Below, piece by piece: positions 22,990-35,800 of a stretch of DNA of 64,000 nt (its first letter is position 1; each line of letters opens with the position of its first letter). Position numbers and translations under genes: made by a program. The stretch lies in the NCBI GenBank assembly GCA_009103225.1, contig RHPI01002438.1:366750-430749 (forward strand), read 5' to 3'. This DNA is from Chlorokybus atmophyticus (Eukaryota > Plantae > Mesostigma and Chlorokybus algae). The notes below the pieces were generated by a model, which searched no databases, was not told where the DNA came from, and saw nothing but the letters and a program-made list of their open reading frames with translations.

Positions 22990-24141
22990 ATGTCCAAGCA
23001 GCGCGTTGTCGAGGAGTCGTCGTCGTCGGAAGATGATCGGCCCATCGCAGCAAGGAAACGGAATCTCTCAGCCCTGACCGCAGCAGTGAAAAAGGTGAAC
23101 AGGCAACGCTCTCTTGGCTCCATGCGTACACTCTGCCAGACATTGTTGCACTCTCAACATCAGGGTGTGAAGAGTTCTATCTATCTTATCATCAAACGTA
23201 GGAAGTGAAGAAGGGCAAGGCTCAGGCCAGAGCAGACAAGTCTTCTACATCGGCAACTGTCAAGAATGAGAAATCTGAGACTGCAAAGCCAGATGCCAAA
23301 GCGAAGTCCAAAGCCGAAGATGAGAAGCCTTTGCAAATAAAAGTAATCTTTGTGAAGGCGTAGTGTTGTCAACTGCAATAGAGCTTCGCAGCTGATTTCG
23401 TATGCAATTGCAGGGCAAACCAAAGGGCAAGGACGGGAAGGCAAAAGGCGGAGAGATTGTTGTGAAACGGGAGCGCAAAGTGTTTGATCTCCCGGGACAG
23501 CGTTATGAGACACCTCTTGAGGTTAGTGCAGGTGTTGCATTTTGCTGCTATGCAAATTTGTCCTTTCAACTACGCGCTCACCGTGTCTGTGTTGTGCTCG
23601 CTTGAATTTGTAGAGAGATCCGCTGCGCATCTTCTATGAAACCCTGCGGGAGCAGCGGCCCAGCAGCGAAATGGCTGAAATCTGGTAAGTGATAGCAACA
23701 ATGCTCATATGTGATTAATGAGAGTTGGTACTGTCAAGTTGCCCAACCAATGAGGGTTTGTACGGGAACAGGCTGATGGACCGAGGGCTGTTGCCCAAGG
23801 AGGAGGCCGCGAAGGCGTTTGCCACGAAGCAAAAGAGCGCGGGGGGGTCGCGGTCTTCATTTGGACGCAAAGCCACGCCAGTCAAGCGCATCAAACCAGA
23901 GACTGTTGATGATGATGATGATGAAGCTCCTCTCGCCAAGAAGAGAAAGCCACTTCCGGTGACGACGAAAACTGAGAGTGATAAGAAGAAGCCAGGAGCA
24001 GGCAACAGCAAGACCAAGACGAGCATAAAGAAGAAGAGGAAAGGCAGCAGCAGTGATGCGGAAAGGGAAACCGAAGAAGACGACAGCGAGTCCGAAGACG
24101 AGAAACCGCTTGCCAGCCGACGAGCCAAGAAAGCCAAATAA
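22990..24141 (+). CDS. Conserved plant-type Lys/acidic nuclear protein of unknown function (5 exons)
   Basis: Exons about 22990-23094, 23202-23342, 23413-23521, 23613-23683, 23772-24141 give KRERKVFDLPGQRYETPLERDPLRIFYETLREQRPSSEMAEIWLMDRGLL, a motif conserved in plant uncharacterised proteins. Confidence 0.85.
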
Positions 24142-25787
24142 GACGTGTCCATACCGGCAAGAAGCTGGTGGCTGGTTTGGACGGGGAGAAGTCTATGTGC
24201 AGCACAAACTGCTGCTGCGATCACAATGTACTTGCCACAAGCAATGCATGCTTGATCAGAGATGCGTGCTGCATTCATGTCATGATGCTTGACGGCTGCA
24301 TGCATTTGCTATCATTCTCAGTCATTTGCAGCAAGAGGTGTGCAGGCTTGCTGCTATTTTTCGCCCTTTTCTGCTTCACCAAAGTTGCCTCCCTTGGGTA
24401 CTCAGCGTGATGGGTACTCAGCGAGATGGCCACAGCTTCCTCAACACACGCAGGACTTGAGACAAGGCTACCTGCATCATACACACTGTGCCATGCAAAC
24501 TACCAGACTTGATTGGGCTCCAATCATTGGGTGTTATACACGAGCAAAAAGAATTGCACTCATTAACATTTTATGTCTATTACCCACATGTGCCACAAGG
24601 CCTGCACGTTGTTCACATGTGGTCTACGACATCATTATGATCTCAAATGTGTCACTGCAAACACATGGAGTGTCAAGAAATCAGCGTGCAATCACACTTA
24701 CGCACACAATAGTGTCTTAGATCTTTACACACGGCAGCATACCCCATTTATACAACCACAAGCACAACTTGCAACCATTGAAACATTCACAATCATTGAC
24801 ATGAGACATGCATTTGTACCAAGGTTATGGTATGTTGTGTTATCATGAGTAATAAACCGTTATATTCTGATGTTGATGGTAATGCCTCAAGCCATAAACA
24901 TGCAACCTATATCTTGGTAGCAGGTGAGGGGTAAAGTTTTACCAAAGGGATATATAGTGTGTATATGCTTTCATGCACTTACATGCATATAGTAGTTGCT
25001 ATGGTTTGTGTTACATTGTGACAAGTTAACTGACAATTGAATACACTTGCATACGCAGATGGCTTCATTTGACTCACGTGCCATTTTCCACCGCGTCAAG
25101 ACTCAGCATAAGGAATCCTCGGACCCACGCAAGCGTCCACGCCTGCATACCAAGGAGCTGAGCGGTCTTGAAAAGTTGCTTCTGGTCAACAACAGCGTAC
25201 TACCAGAAGATTATCAGGGATTGCCCTTCACGCAATCTGGCTAATATCCTCATCAAGGATGCAACACGTATGAGCAACAAGTTCAAGCAATAGCATAATG
25301 TCGGCATTGTCACAGGTATGAATGTAATACAAACCAGTTTAATCAATGCAATGCAATTATGGCCGGCTTGATATTGATGTCATTGTTGCTCAGATGGTTG
25401 CAGACACTTCATGAAGATGTGAGGCCATGACCTTCCGGCACACACCAAGCGCACCATTGCATTGCAGCTTGGAATCAAGTTTTTACAGAGCTTAACCCAA
25501 AACTCAGAGAGTTGAAAGAAAAACCAATTCGCGAACTAAATGGTTGAATTGGTGAATGTCCACAAGACTTGCTCTTTTGAGGAGCTAAGCTCGTTTTCAA
25601 TAGCGAAGCTGCTGATTATGTGGATGCCCTTTATGAAGCTGACCACAACTACAAGAAGAGTAATAACACAACTGCCGATGAGGTATCCAAAGATTTTGTA
25701 GTCGTAATGCACTGTCATTACCTAACAATCAATTCACATACATGATAGGTAAGGGATGAGGTGCGTGATTTACTTAGCAATAGTCGC

Positions 25788-26213
25788 ATGAGTACTACTT
25801 TGGCTCTGCCGTCAACCCCCTTGCACAAAGCCACACGCATAAAACGTGTTGAAAGCGCAAAACCTTAAAGACACGGCTTTATATACTTACTACGACATTT
25901 ACATGGAGGCAAAGTTTATATCGGGCAAACTGATAATCTTATATGGAGGTTTTACGAGCACCGACGTCATCCACCACGCAAGATGTTGAAAGACTTGGAT
26001 GCAATCAAACCATATGCGAATCAAGTAGAAATGCGCTCACTAGGGTGGGCCACAACTAAAGAGAAGCTGGACACATTGGACACCAAGTTCATTCGAGAGT
26101 ACGACTCGCGTGGGCCTAATGGTTACAATGTACATCAGGGTAACCCAGCTAAGTTAAAGGCATTTTGGGCACGTTGGCGCAAGAATCCTCATTTTGGTAG
26201 ACACAAGCATTAA
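25788..26213 (+). pseudogene. Stand-alone intronless GIY-YIG endonuclease with one nonsense codon
   Basis: HGFIYLLRHLHGGKVYIGQTDNL.WRFYEH...FIREYDSRGPNGYN. In-frame ATG at 25788 and TAA at 25866. Confidence 0.85.
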
Positions 26214-26424
26214 TATGGTAGAATTAGCAATAAAACATGAAGCCAACTTAAAAAGGCACTATGCTATAGTATAATGTATCATGTAATACATGCATTGAAA
26301 CTGTAATCAACCAAACTGTATAGTCATGTACATGTACCATATGTGCATATTATTTGTTGAAGTAACATGCATGCGTAGGTGAAAAATCACCTTCATGCAA
26401 AACTGGCTGATCAATTAATCAATA

Positions 26425-26580
26425 GCCGTCGCTGCTCAATCACGCCTCCATCGCACCTCCATCGCTGTCGCGCCTCCCTTGCCATCGCGCCTCCGTCGCC
26501 ATCGCCCCTCCATCTCCATCGCGCCTCCATCGCGGTCGCCGCTCCAGCGCACCTCCATCGCACCTCTATCGCGACACCAA
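26425..26580 (+). repeat. Array of CGCGCCTCCATCGC-like units (copy 1)
   Basis: About 10 degenerate units; the same array recurs at 29670-29790. Confidence 0.85.
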
Positions 26581-26929
26581 ATGCGATAATATATAAGCTA
26601 TGGCCACAGTTAATCGGGCAGTATATGTCTCATGACATGAATTTCACAACCGCCATCAACATTGATGTCAATACGCTGAATCTCACTATAGCAGACAACC
26701 ACATATAATATATATACCAGCAAATCCAAACCGCTTCATTTACAAAAACCTTGGCCATACATTTTATGCTACAAATAAACATATTATAATATTTTACATA
26801 CATAACTAATACAAATACATAATTATTTACAGAGATTACCTCATTCAGTCTTTGCAGGAAACAATTAGTACAATCAACCCAACAACTTCACCATCGAATG
26901 CAACAATATACGCTTGATCTGCAAAGAAA

Positions 26930-28700
26930 ACATGTCAGCAACTTTATATAACCATTACAATAATTGTGCAATACCTCTAACTTGTGCTCTCTGTTACAAC
27001 GACGTCAAGGGAGAGCACGTAACTTGTGTGTCTGCTTCAGACATTGGCCAGCACTTTCCGGAGTCACAGAATCTATAGCCGTTTTGAAATAAGACTGTTA
27101 AAGTTGAGTTAATACAACACCAAATACCAAGCACGAACCTCAACAACTTATCTATACCTCTATTCCGTACTTGATGTGGGCCTCCAGCCGGGATGAAAAC
27201 AGTGTTTCCCTTATACTGGATATAACGCCAGGGTACAACACCTGATATTTAACAATAAGTAAATGCTTTGAATTGCCCTGTTCCAATTCTTCTTTGCACC
27301 CACAAGCAATGTAGAACTTATCGTCCAAGTCAGCAGGTATTTGATTCTGCAAAGTAACAACAACATTGAATATATGTTAAAAATAAGCATGCAACTTGTA
27401 CTAAAAACAATACGCACCCAAAGTACACTATTGGCCAGGTTGTAGTCACCCTTGTCAGGATGGGTGTACTCCTTGAACGGCAGCATTGCAATAAAGTTGG
27501 CAAAATGTGATGGCAACACATCCTTAAAACAAGCCTATGACCACAAGACAAATAAACAAATATACACGTTGCAAAATGCCAATCATTATAAATAAAGCAC
27601 ATCGCTCATGCTTAATGCATATATGCACATTACCTCAGTCGGCCAATCCTTCATGTTGAGAACTTGCGCACGATGCCATCTTCATCCCACAATCCTTTGT
27701 AAAAACCACAAAAAAAACTTGGTGGTGGTCATTGGAACCTATGCACACACCATAAATACATACTTCAATACCTCAATGACCAAGAACATACTGCACAAAC
27801 ACATTCGTACCTCAGACAAACCATCACAACCCAACACAACGATTTTGGGCAATATACGCCCAATCTCGTGACATAGTCTGCCGGCATCCCATTGCTTCTT
27901 GTCAACCACCTCCTCCTGGACAACCACTGGTTGTCCACGTTGCCAATGAAACTGAAAATGCTGTAACGCTGTCTTGCCCAAAAAGATTGTCAGCACACGC
28001 TCAGCAAGGCGGTTATATCCTACACAATGGCAGCAACTTACTTTTGTTCAATTGCTTCATTGTGGGTCGCCATGGTTCATATTGCTGTGCACACAAAAAG
28101 GCAAAGAGTGAATACACCAATCCATGAAACATGGCAACATCAACAACCAACAAAAACCCCATTAAGTACTTCACATCGCTTACATACATACAAGGCATAT
28201 ACCGGAGTAACTACCGCATGGTCATAGTTGAATCAAACGACAATACCCCTAAAAAAATACATGAAGTCATTAATAACAAAAGTATGCGGCACCAATTACC
28301 ACATGGCATGTGCCCACCCGTGCGATGGCCGTAGCTGCTAGTCACGATCTTGGCTGCAAAAAGTACACGCCTGCATTAACATGTCTATCATGTGTGATAA
28401 TGTGCCATCAAACACCACACACACAAAAAAACAACACAAACCTCCTCCGCAATTGTATTAACAATTGCATGCACCACCGCTAATGCAGGCATGAGCGCAT
28501 CAAGGCATGATAAAAATGAAACACATGCTAAATGCATATGGTGCCAACATGGCTAACGTCCTGGCATTGCGGAATCTGTGAACGAAACGGCTCGAGGAAA
28601 CATTCCGCACATAAGTCATAGCCCGTGCACGCAGTGCAAGTGGCATGCACGTCTTCAATACTACCACAACATTGATTGATTGCTAAAAAAAACAAAAACA
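26930..28700 (-). pseudogene. KDM3/JMJ24-IBM1-type JmjC histone demethylase homolog (decayed; may extend to about 29550)
   Basis: Exons read NQCCGSIEDVHATCTACTGYDLCAEC; LQHFQFHWQRGQPVVV; MKDWP; LPSHFANFIAMLPFKEYTHP..GDYNLA; DLDDKFYIACG..EEL; GNTVFIPAGGPHQVRN; AIDSVTPESAGQCL...EHKLEV. Confidence 0.9.
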
Positions 28701-29669
28701 ACTTAAGCTCAACATGTTAAAACATCAACCATAACGCATACTCATAAATACAAACGTCGCCTCAGGACAACCAACTTTTCAGTCAATCTATACACCTCTG
28801 TAACGCACATGTCAGTCTAGGCCATGCAATTGCCAATTTGCTGCATCAAAGTGAACTAACATGCTAAAGCCAATGTCTCCACCTGAACATGCAATACGGA
28901 TGTACCTGCCACACAACATGTTGTAGAATAAACTCCACAACCCGTGGGGCGCTAACAATGCTTGATTTGCAGCTACCGGGGCTAGCACTATGCACCTGCA
29001 TCTCATAGTCATTAAGCCATATATACTCAACAAACACATTCCCAGTTTATCATCGCCCAACTTTGTGCTTTTTTGGCCAGCTATGACATTGCCCAAGGCC
29101 ACATCCAACGGTCGCTTGCCAAGATTGCACCCGCGACGCGCAATGGATTGCCCTCAACCTATACAAGTTGTATTACCCAATTCCATCACAACACAAACTA
29201 CTCAACAAGTAAGCAGCGGGCGGTGCCTGAACAATGTCAATCTCAAGTTCTCTGATGATGCCACCCGCATCTGCGCAAACATATTGAGACACACAGCATC
29301 GACAACTAAATGAAGGCCATCATTGCCAACCTGATACGCCGCTATCCACAACCATAGGTGATGCTGCAGAAGTCCCCGCACATGTTATCTTACGGTTACA
29401 CACCAACATGCGACCATGAACAATTGAAGGGCATAACGCCACCAACTAACCAGCAATGATACCATGACCAACTGCAAGCTCCACAGCAGCAGCAACAGGT
29501 GCAAGACATGCAGCTGAACTCGCACCTCGTATTCTCACCAATGACAAGAAAGAAGTATCAGTAATACCACTAAGTAATACCACTAATGGACAGTACCCAA
29601 GACAGTACAACAACTATGGCGGCAGCAGTAGGACATCAACGCCGCGCGCAGACAAATCACGACCTCACT

Positions 29670-29790
29670 ACGCGATATCGCGTCCCTATTGCTATCGCGT
29701 CTCCATCGCGCCTCGATCGCCGTCGCGCCTCCATCGCGCCCCCATTGTTGTCGCGCCTTCATCGCGCATCCATTGCGCCTCCATGGCCGA
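29670..29790 (+). repeat. Array of CGCGCCTCCATCGC-like units (copy 2)
   Basis: Same orientation and motif as 26425-26580. Confidence 0.85.
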
Positions 29791-30009
29791 CGCGGCTATG
29801 TTACACCACCGGATAAATAAACGAACCGCTTGAATTGAACGCGATAATGTCTTTATTCATAATATGGTCAAATTCGCAAAAAGCCATCGCCATCCGGTGT
29901 ATTCAACGCCGCGTTCAGCCTCGATCCTAAGTAGTGTTAAAAAGCCCAAGGGAGATTACAAAGCATAGAAGTTCTCAAGTTTTTATCAATCTTTAGTTTA
30001 CGCTCAGCT

Positions 30010-30150
30010 TGAGCGTTGTCGACTGTGGTGGCGAAGTCGATATCCAGGACTCCGTCGGATACCGTCATCGGAGAGCTGCGTGTGCAGGCGGCGTATCTCC
30101 CTCCACACTCAGTATAGATATCAAAGTCCATTAGTATCTCAACACCCTCA
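30010..30150 (-). pseudogene. Isolated malectin-domain fragment
   Basis: RVFSVSVEGVEILMDFDIYTECGGRYAA...VSDGVLDIDFATTVDNAQ, the C-terminal half of a malectin domain. Confidence 0.7.
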
Positions 30151-30491
30151 ACACTCACACTAAATACCCTCTTGTTAATACAGGAGTCTGCCGCATGGCT
30201 TTGGGGTCGGGCGCGTTGTCGCCCTACGCGACGTGCCGACATAATAATGGTCGCCGAGTCCTCTCTTGCTTGCGGGGTCACGAGATGTGTGGCGCAGGAG
30301 CGCCGCGGCATCGTGCACCTCCAAGCGCCTGGGCGCCGCGTGGATACGGCCTCTTGGCCGCCGAGCTTTGAGCCCTTAAGTCACATAACAGGGAATCAAT
30401 ATTTACAGACCGACGCCCATTGAATGAATACGTAGTACGGCGCCCCTATGCAGTCGTGCGGCATATTTTTTGCAAAAAGCGCCACTTTCTG

Positions 30492-30570
30492 CGGGGTCGA
30501 CCGGGTTTGCACCCAGGTTTGACTTCGGCGAGTTCCAAGCGCGCAGCCTTGCCGACTGCACTACCACGCC
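30492..30570 (-). ncRNA. Degenerate tRNA-like sequence (pseudogene or SINE head)
   Basis: A-box-like TAGTGCAGTCGG, B-box-like GGGTGCAAACCC, anticodon-like arm GCGCG-CTTGGAA-CTCGC, T5 run 13 nt downstream. The stems carry several mismatches. Confidence 0.3.
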
Positions 30571-30574
30571 GTGC

Positions 30575-31345
30575 GATCATGCCTATTGTCCTCGCGTGCT
30601 AACTTTCATCAAGCATGCCTACACCCAGACCCCCGCCCGGTCATTCAGCATAAAACCCACGCGCGCCACTGACCAGTAGCTAGGTTATGACTCTAGACTA
30701 GCTCATGACTGTAGCCTACATAGGCACCGCGCGTAGCTGTTTAATTGTGAATTTAACTATAAGTTAAGTTCTATATCAAGTGGGGTGTTTTTAGAAATAG
30801 CCTAGATATGACCGTTAGCTTATGTTCTAAACAGTCATGATGTGACATGTATAAGTAGTCATAGTTTTCACAAATCAGCTGGTGACATTCTGAGTGAGAG
30901 AGGTAAGAGCTTGTGAAGCGACTTGAATTACGAACACGCCGTCCCGGTTGCCAAGTCCTCTCACCGTGTGACAGCCTATGCATGCTCTTGTGCATTGTGC
31001 TTGTCATTACTGTGATCTTGGTGTGCTTAGTTGCGGTGTGCATTGTCGGGCTGGGCAGGATCGAGTGCTGACATGTCTTAAGGAATTAGAATATAGCTGT
31101 GTAGCCCCTGATGCGTGTGGTGATGAAGAAAATGTGCATACCCGAGTGCGTACACATGTACATGGCTAAGTGCTGTGCATTGAAAAGAACAAAATGCCCC
31201 CCCCCCCCCCCCCCCCCNNNNNNNNNNNNNNNNNNNNNNNNNNNNNNNNNNNNNNNNNNNNNNNNNNNNNNNNNNNNNNNCCCCCCCCCCCCCTTGTCGA
31301 GGACATCGTGAGTGTGAGCGCTTGTCACTCGCATTGTGCTTCAAC
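30575..31345 (+). repeat. Gypsy-clade terminal repeat segment A, interrupted by a poly(C)-tailed insert
   Basis: Aligns by eye with 2166-2275 (-) and 49548-50113 (-), e.g. CATGCCTATTGTCC, GCATGCCTAC, ACATGTATAAGTAG, GAGCTTGTGAAGCGACTTGAA. Confidence 0.75.
31043..31293 (+). mobile_element. Short interspersed element ending in poly(C), copy 1
   Basis: About 150 bp homologous to 32143-32191 plus 32656-32770, then a C-run spanning an N gap. TTGTCG occurs on both sides. Confidence 0.6.
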
Positions 31346-32142
31346 AGGCGTGAACAACATCAGAGCTAGTCAGCAAGCCATCGGTGTCAATGCTGTGTTC
31401 ACAGTTGCTTGCACTAAGGTCAATGATGGGGTCCTCTACTGTTGAGTAAGGCGAATGAGCATAGCAATTACACAGATATCACATTGTGAATGCGACTAAC
31501 ACACCATCCACATGGCAACCCTCATGGCAACAGTACCGTGTAAGGTGCGGTACTCGCTCCCACAATGGTGAAGGTTTCTTGGCTACAGGACGGCTTGCTG
31601 TGTACAGTCATACTCCTTTCACAGTTTGCTGGGCGTACACGTCAACAATCCATACCACGTCCACGCACCGCAAACTCACCCAAGTCAAGCCTCACATACC
31701 ACATCGGAACGCAAGTCTCAACTATGAATTTCCTACTCACAGTTTTACCAAGTGTACAAGTGTCGGCTACTGCTACTTATACCACTGTGGTGGCACATGA
31801 GTTGATGCACATAGTAAACGACACAAACTTAGCTATGGACTAGCTGTTCCACTGATCTATACTATGCTTCAACGGATAGTTATAAATGCCGCCAAAGAAA
31901 GGCGCGGTTGAATACATAGCGGAGGGCGATCGCTAGGGACCCTACGGTGTGCAGTGGTTGCGAGTAGCGATTGCGGGGGACCCTGGCTGGAGATTGCCAA
32001 CGGGTCAGCTACGAGTTGATGCCTATGACGATAGTCCAATGAATGGTTCGTCGTGAACCATTGATTGATGCTGATAATGCGGGGGTGGTACATGGCTATG
32101 GGGATGGCCGAGGAGCCCTCCTGAACAGTTAGCATAACAGCT

Positions 32143-32769
32143 GTCGGGCTGGGCAGGGTCGAGAGCTGACACACCTCGAAGAATTGGAATATGTTAAGAA
32201 TATTCTTGTATCCGGTCAGCTTGCCCTGTGGATAAGAATAGGCGCGAGAAGATTCGGGCGCGAGAAAGGTCCAGGCGAGAGCTTTGGTCGAGACGGTTCC
32301 AGGCGCGGAGTCGAGTCCGGAGTTTGGAGGATTCCAGGCGCTGTAGGAGAAACGTTGTAGCTAGGTGGCTACGTCACTATTTGGCGCGTGCAGTAGCTTG
32401 TTGAAAAGCTCTTAAAGCTCTTAAAAGTAGCTACGTGGTGCAAATTAAAGCGCAGGAATCGGTTGAGTGTAGAAGTGGTGGTGACTTCTGGAGTAGACAG
32501 GTGCAGAACTGGCGGGTATAAAAGCCCGCGGTGTGACTTTGTTGTAATCCTTAGAAAGCCTTTTTGGATCAGCCTTGTGTGTACGCTCTGGTAGAGTGTG
32601 TGTGCTTGTGCTTGCACCAACTCCATGCATGATCAGTAGTGTCCAAATCTCAACAGAACATAGCTGTGTAGCCCCTTGATGCGTATGCTGATGAGCAAAT
32701 ATACATGCATACCTGAATGCGTATACATGTATATGGCTAAGTGCTGTGCATTGAAAAACGAACAAAGTA

Positions 32770-32846
<77 letters not shown>
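32143..32846 (+). mobile_element. Short poly(C)-tailed element, copy 2, containing a Copia solo LTR
   Basis: Same unique sequence as copy 1, followed by about 76 consecutive C. Confidence 0.6.
32192..32655 (+). mobile_element. Copia-type solo LTR (464 bp)
   Basis: TGTTAAG...TCTCAACA flanked by GAATA/GAACA target duplication. The empty site is visible in copy 1 near 31090. Confidence 0.85.
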
Positions 32847-32847
32847 N

Positions 32848-35800
32848 GAGCAAGTCAGCAGCTACCTCCCTGAGGTCTGGGTCAGTCTTTGCCGCAAGCC
32901 TCAGCGTTTGCGGGTGATGGGCGGCCCATTGCGGAGACAGTCACATCAATAGGCCTCCAGTGGGACCTTATGAAGTGGAGGGTCCAGGCAGTATCAGTGC
33001 ATGCCAATGTTCCACCCGTCGCACACCATCATTATGGCGGCGGCGTCGGCACGGCCACATTATTCACAGCGCTTGCTCCGGTTGGGGGGTGAGTGATGGA
33101 TAACATCGAACCGTGCTACTTGTGGTAGGTGGCACGGTGCGCAGTTGGTGAGGTTGTTCTAGAAGCGCTCGCCGTCGTCGTCAAAGAGGTCGGGCACACC
33201 TAAAGGATGCACCTTCAGCACCTTGTAGACAACGCGGTGCACACTGATGTCCAGGGTGGCCTGCGTGCGGGCCATCCGGTAGACGAAGTTTCCGGCCTCG
33301 AAGCGCCGACCGCGCTCCTTGTAAAAACCGCTGCGGACACGCTCGTAACTTAGGTTGTCGCGGTGCTGGGCGATGCGCGTATTGTTCATGGCCATAAGGA
33401 CCAGGTGGCTGAAGAGAGAAGCGCGGGCCTTCATGTCATAATGCATTTAGTCAGGGTTCTCGAGGTTGTCTAGCACCCGTGCGGCCTTCTGCTGTGCACA
33501 GAAGGACAGAAGTGGTTCACGTCCAAATAGCAACTGATACGGGCTGTATTTGTTAAGGGCCGCCTGCTTGAACAAGCGATAACTGAGGGCCACCCAGGGC
33601 AGGTGGTTGTCCCAGGTACGCTTGCCGTAATCGATGACATACTTCCTGAGTGCCTTATTTAAAGTGTGGACAGCTTGTTCAGCCAACCATCCGCCTGTGG
33701 GTGGTCGCGTCTGTTGCGATGGTGGTTGATGTAGGCGTGGTTGAGGAGCTCGTCAAACCCTCCTCAAAAGGCTTAAAAAACAATTGGTGCCTTGATCTAT
33801 GACGACCTCGGCACATGAGCCAAAGCGATTGAGGACATGGTCTAAGCAGGCATAACTTACTCCCCTGCGGCTTTTATTTTACAGTGGCACCAATTCTATC
33901 CACTTGGAAAAGTGCTCGGTCATAACCAGGTTGTACGTGTTCCCGCGAGCGGAGGGCGAGAGATTTCCGACGATGTCCAAGCCCCTGCGGTAGAACATTC
34001 TTGCGATAGGCAGTGGGTGCAAGGTGGCACTGCGAGTGTTGAGACTGGTGCACACGAGGTCGCAGTGGGAGTGATTACCCATGTATGCGTGGACTTGTGT
34101 GCACATGCCGTGCCACCAGTATTGCGCTCGCACCAAGCTGATGGTGCGCTTGACATAAAATTGGCCCAGTTCAGTCTAGTGGGCGGCGATGTTGCCCTTG
34201 CACAAGTGTAGCACGGGCACCTCCTTGTTTTCGATACGAATGCGACGCAGGAGACGTGTGTCCTACCAGTGGTAATACTTGGTACGCTGGTTGACCCGAT
34301 TGCGCTCACGTGCGTTGAATCCTGCCGATAGTTGTCCTTGTTGTAGGAAGGCCAAGGAGTTGACGTCGAGCCAGATGTCCTACCTCAGGTCCGTGGGAGG
34401 GAGATTGAGGTCGTTGACCCTCCCCCTTATCAATCACCTTCGGAGCAGGCTCCAGCGCAGGCATGTCTGGGTCAATGGCATTGCTAGTGGCAGTGGTGCG
34501 GCCTGATTGCAGCGCAGCTACGGCAAACATTGTGCTCACCCGAGGTGAAGGGGCTGGAGGCCCAAGCTCGTGTTGCGCCTCGTAGCGTCGTCGGTGGAGA
34601 TGTGGGGTTTGCGACTGAGTTCGTCTGCGTTCAAGTTGGCAAGGCCGGCGCGGCAATTGATCTCGAAGTTGTTCTCCTGCATGAGTAGTGCCCAACGCGT
34701 AAGCTTGCCAGTGAGATGCTGATTGGTCATCAGTCAGCTAAGAGGCTGATAATCGGTGATAAGCCAGAACTATTGACTAAACAGGAATGGCCTAAAGAAG
34801 GAGATAGCCCACACAGCAGCGAGGCACGCGTCCTCGTAGCTGCGTTGTTGCTGCGGCTGTCATAGCAGACGACTCGTTCCTTCTTATTGTCGTTGTGTTG
34901 CACGAGCACAGCTCTCATGTCAAGCTTGCTCTAATTGGTGTGCAGCACGAAGAGTTTGGTGCAATCCGGTCGCTGTAGGATGGGGTTGACGTCAGCGCAT
35001 CGGAGGCGGCTTGATGTACCTCTTTCCAATGCCATCCCGCTTCCTTCTTCAACAGTGCATTAAGGAATCGCGTAAAAGAGGAAAAGTCCTTGAAAAAGCG
35101 GCAATAGTAGTTGGCCAGCCCCACGAAAGCACGAAGCCGGGTGAGGTCCGTCGGGGCTGGGATGGCGGTCAATGCCTCCACCTTGGCTTGCTGCACGTGC
35201 ACGTCATTTGACACGATCATGTGCCCGAGATAAGGTACCTTGTGTGTGATGACGGTGCACTTGTCCGGGTGGACAGTCATGCCGATTGCTTTGACTCTGC
35301 GGAGCACCTCTTTAATGTGTAGCAGGTGCTCCTTGGGTATATGGCTGAAGATCAATATGTCGTCGATGTAGCAACATGCGAAGTCGCACCCGTAAAGAGC
35401 TTTATCCAGCTTCATCCATGACCTGTTGGAACTTGGCGGGTGCGCTTTTTTATCCGAAAGGCATCACCTTCCACTGGTTCAATGGTCGGTTGCCACAGAA
35501 CGAGGTCTTGTGCTTGTCCGCAGCCTTAATCTCTATCTGATTGTATCCCTGTCTTATGTCGAGGATGCTGACAATAGTATAGGAACCGACGTTGTCGAAG
35601 ATGCCCTTAGCAATGGGTATGGGGTAGCGAACCTGCGTGGATTGGTTGTTGAGGGGGCGATAGTCTCCACACATCCGCCTGTCCAGCTGCCGTCGCAGTC
35701 CTTTTTAAGTGGCATGATGGTGGCGGCAGCGAAGTCTGAGGTGGATTCTTTTGTGAGACCGGCCTCGAGCAATGCTTGACAGCGCTGCTCCACCAGATCC

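Noticed and set aside
31885-32140. MPPKKG-starting frame as a possible Gypsy gag N-terminus
   Set aside because: Multiple stops and no diagnostic motif; too weak to call.
32686-32757. CTGATGA plus hairpin resembling a hammerhead ribozyme core
   Set aside because: The required GAAA after stem II reads TAAG, and the other copy has GTGATGA; not supportable without a covariance-model hit.
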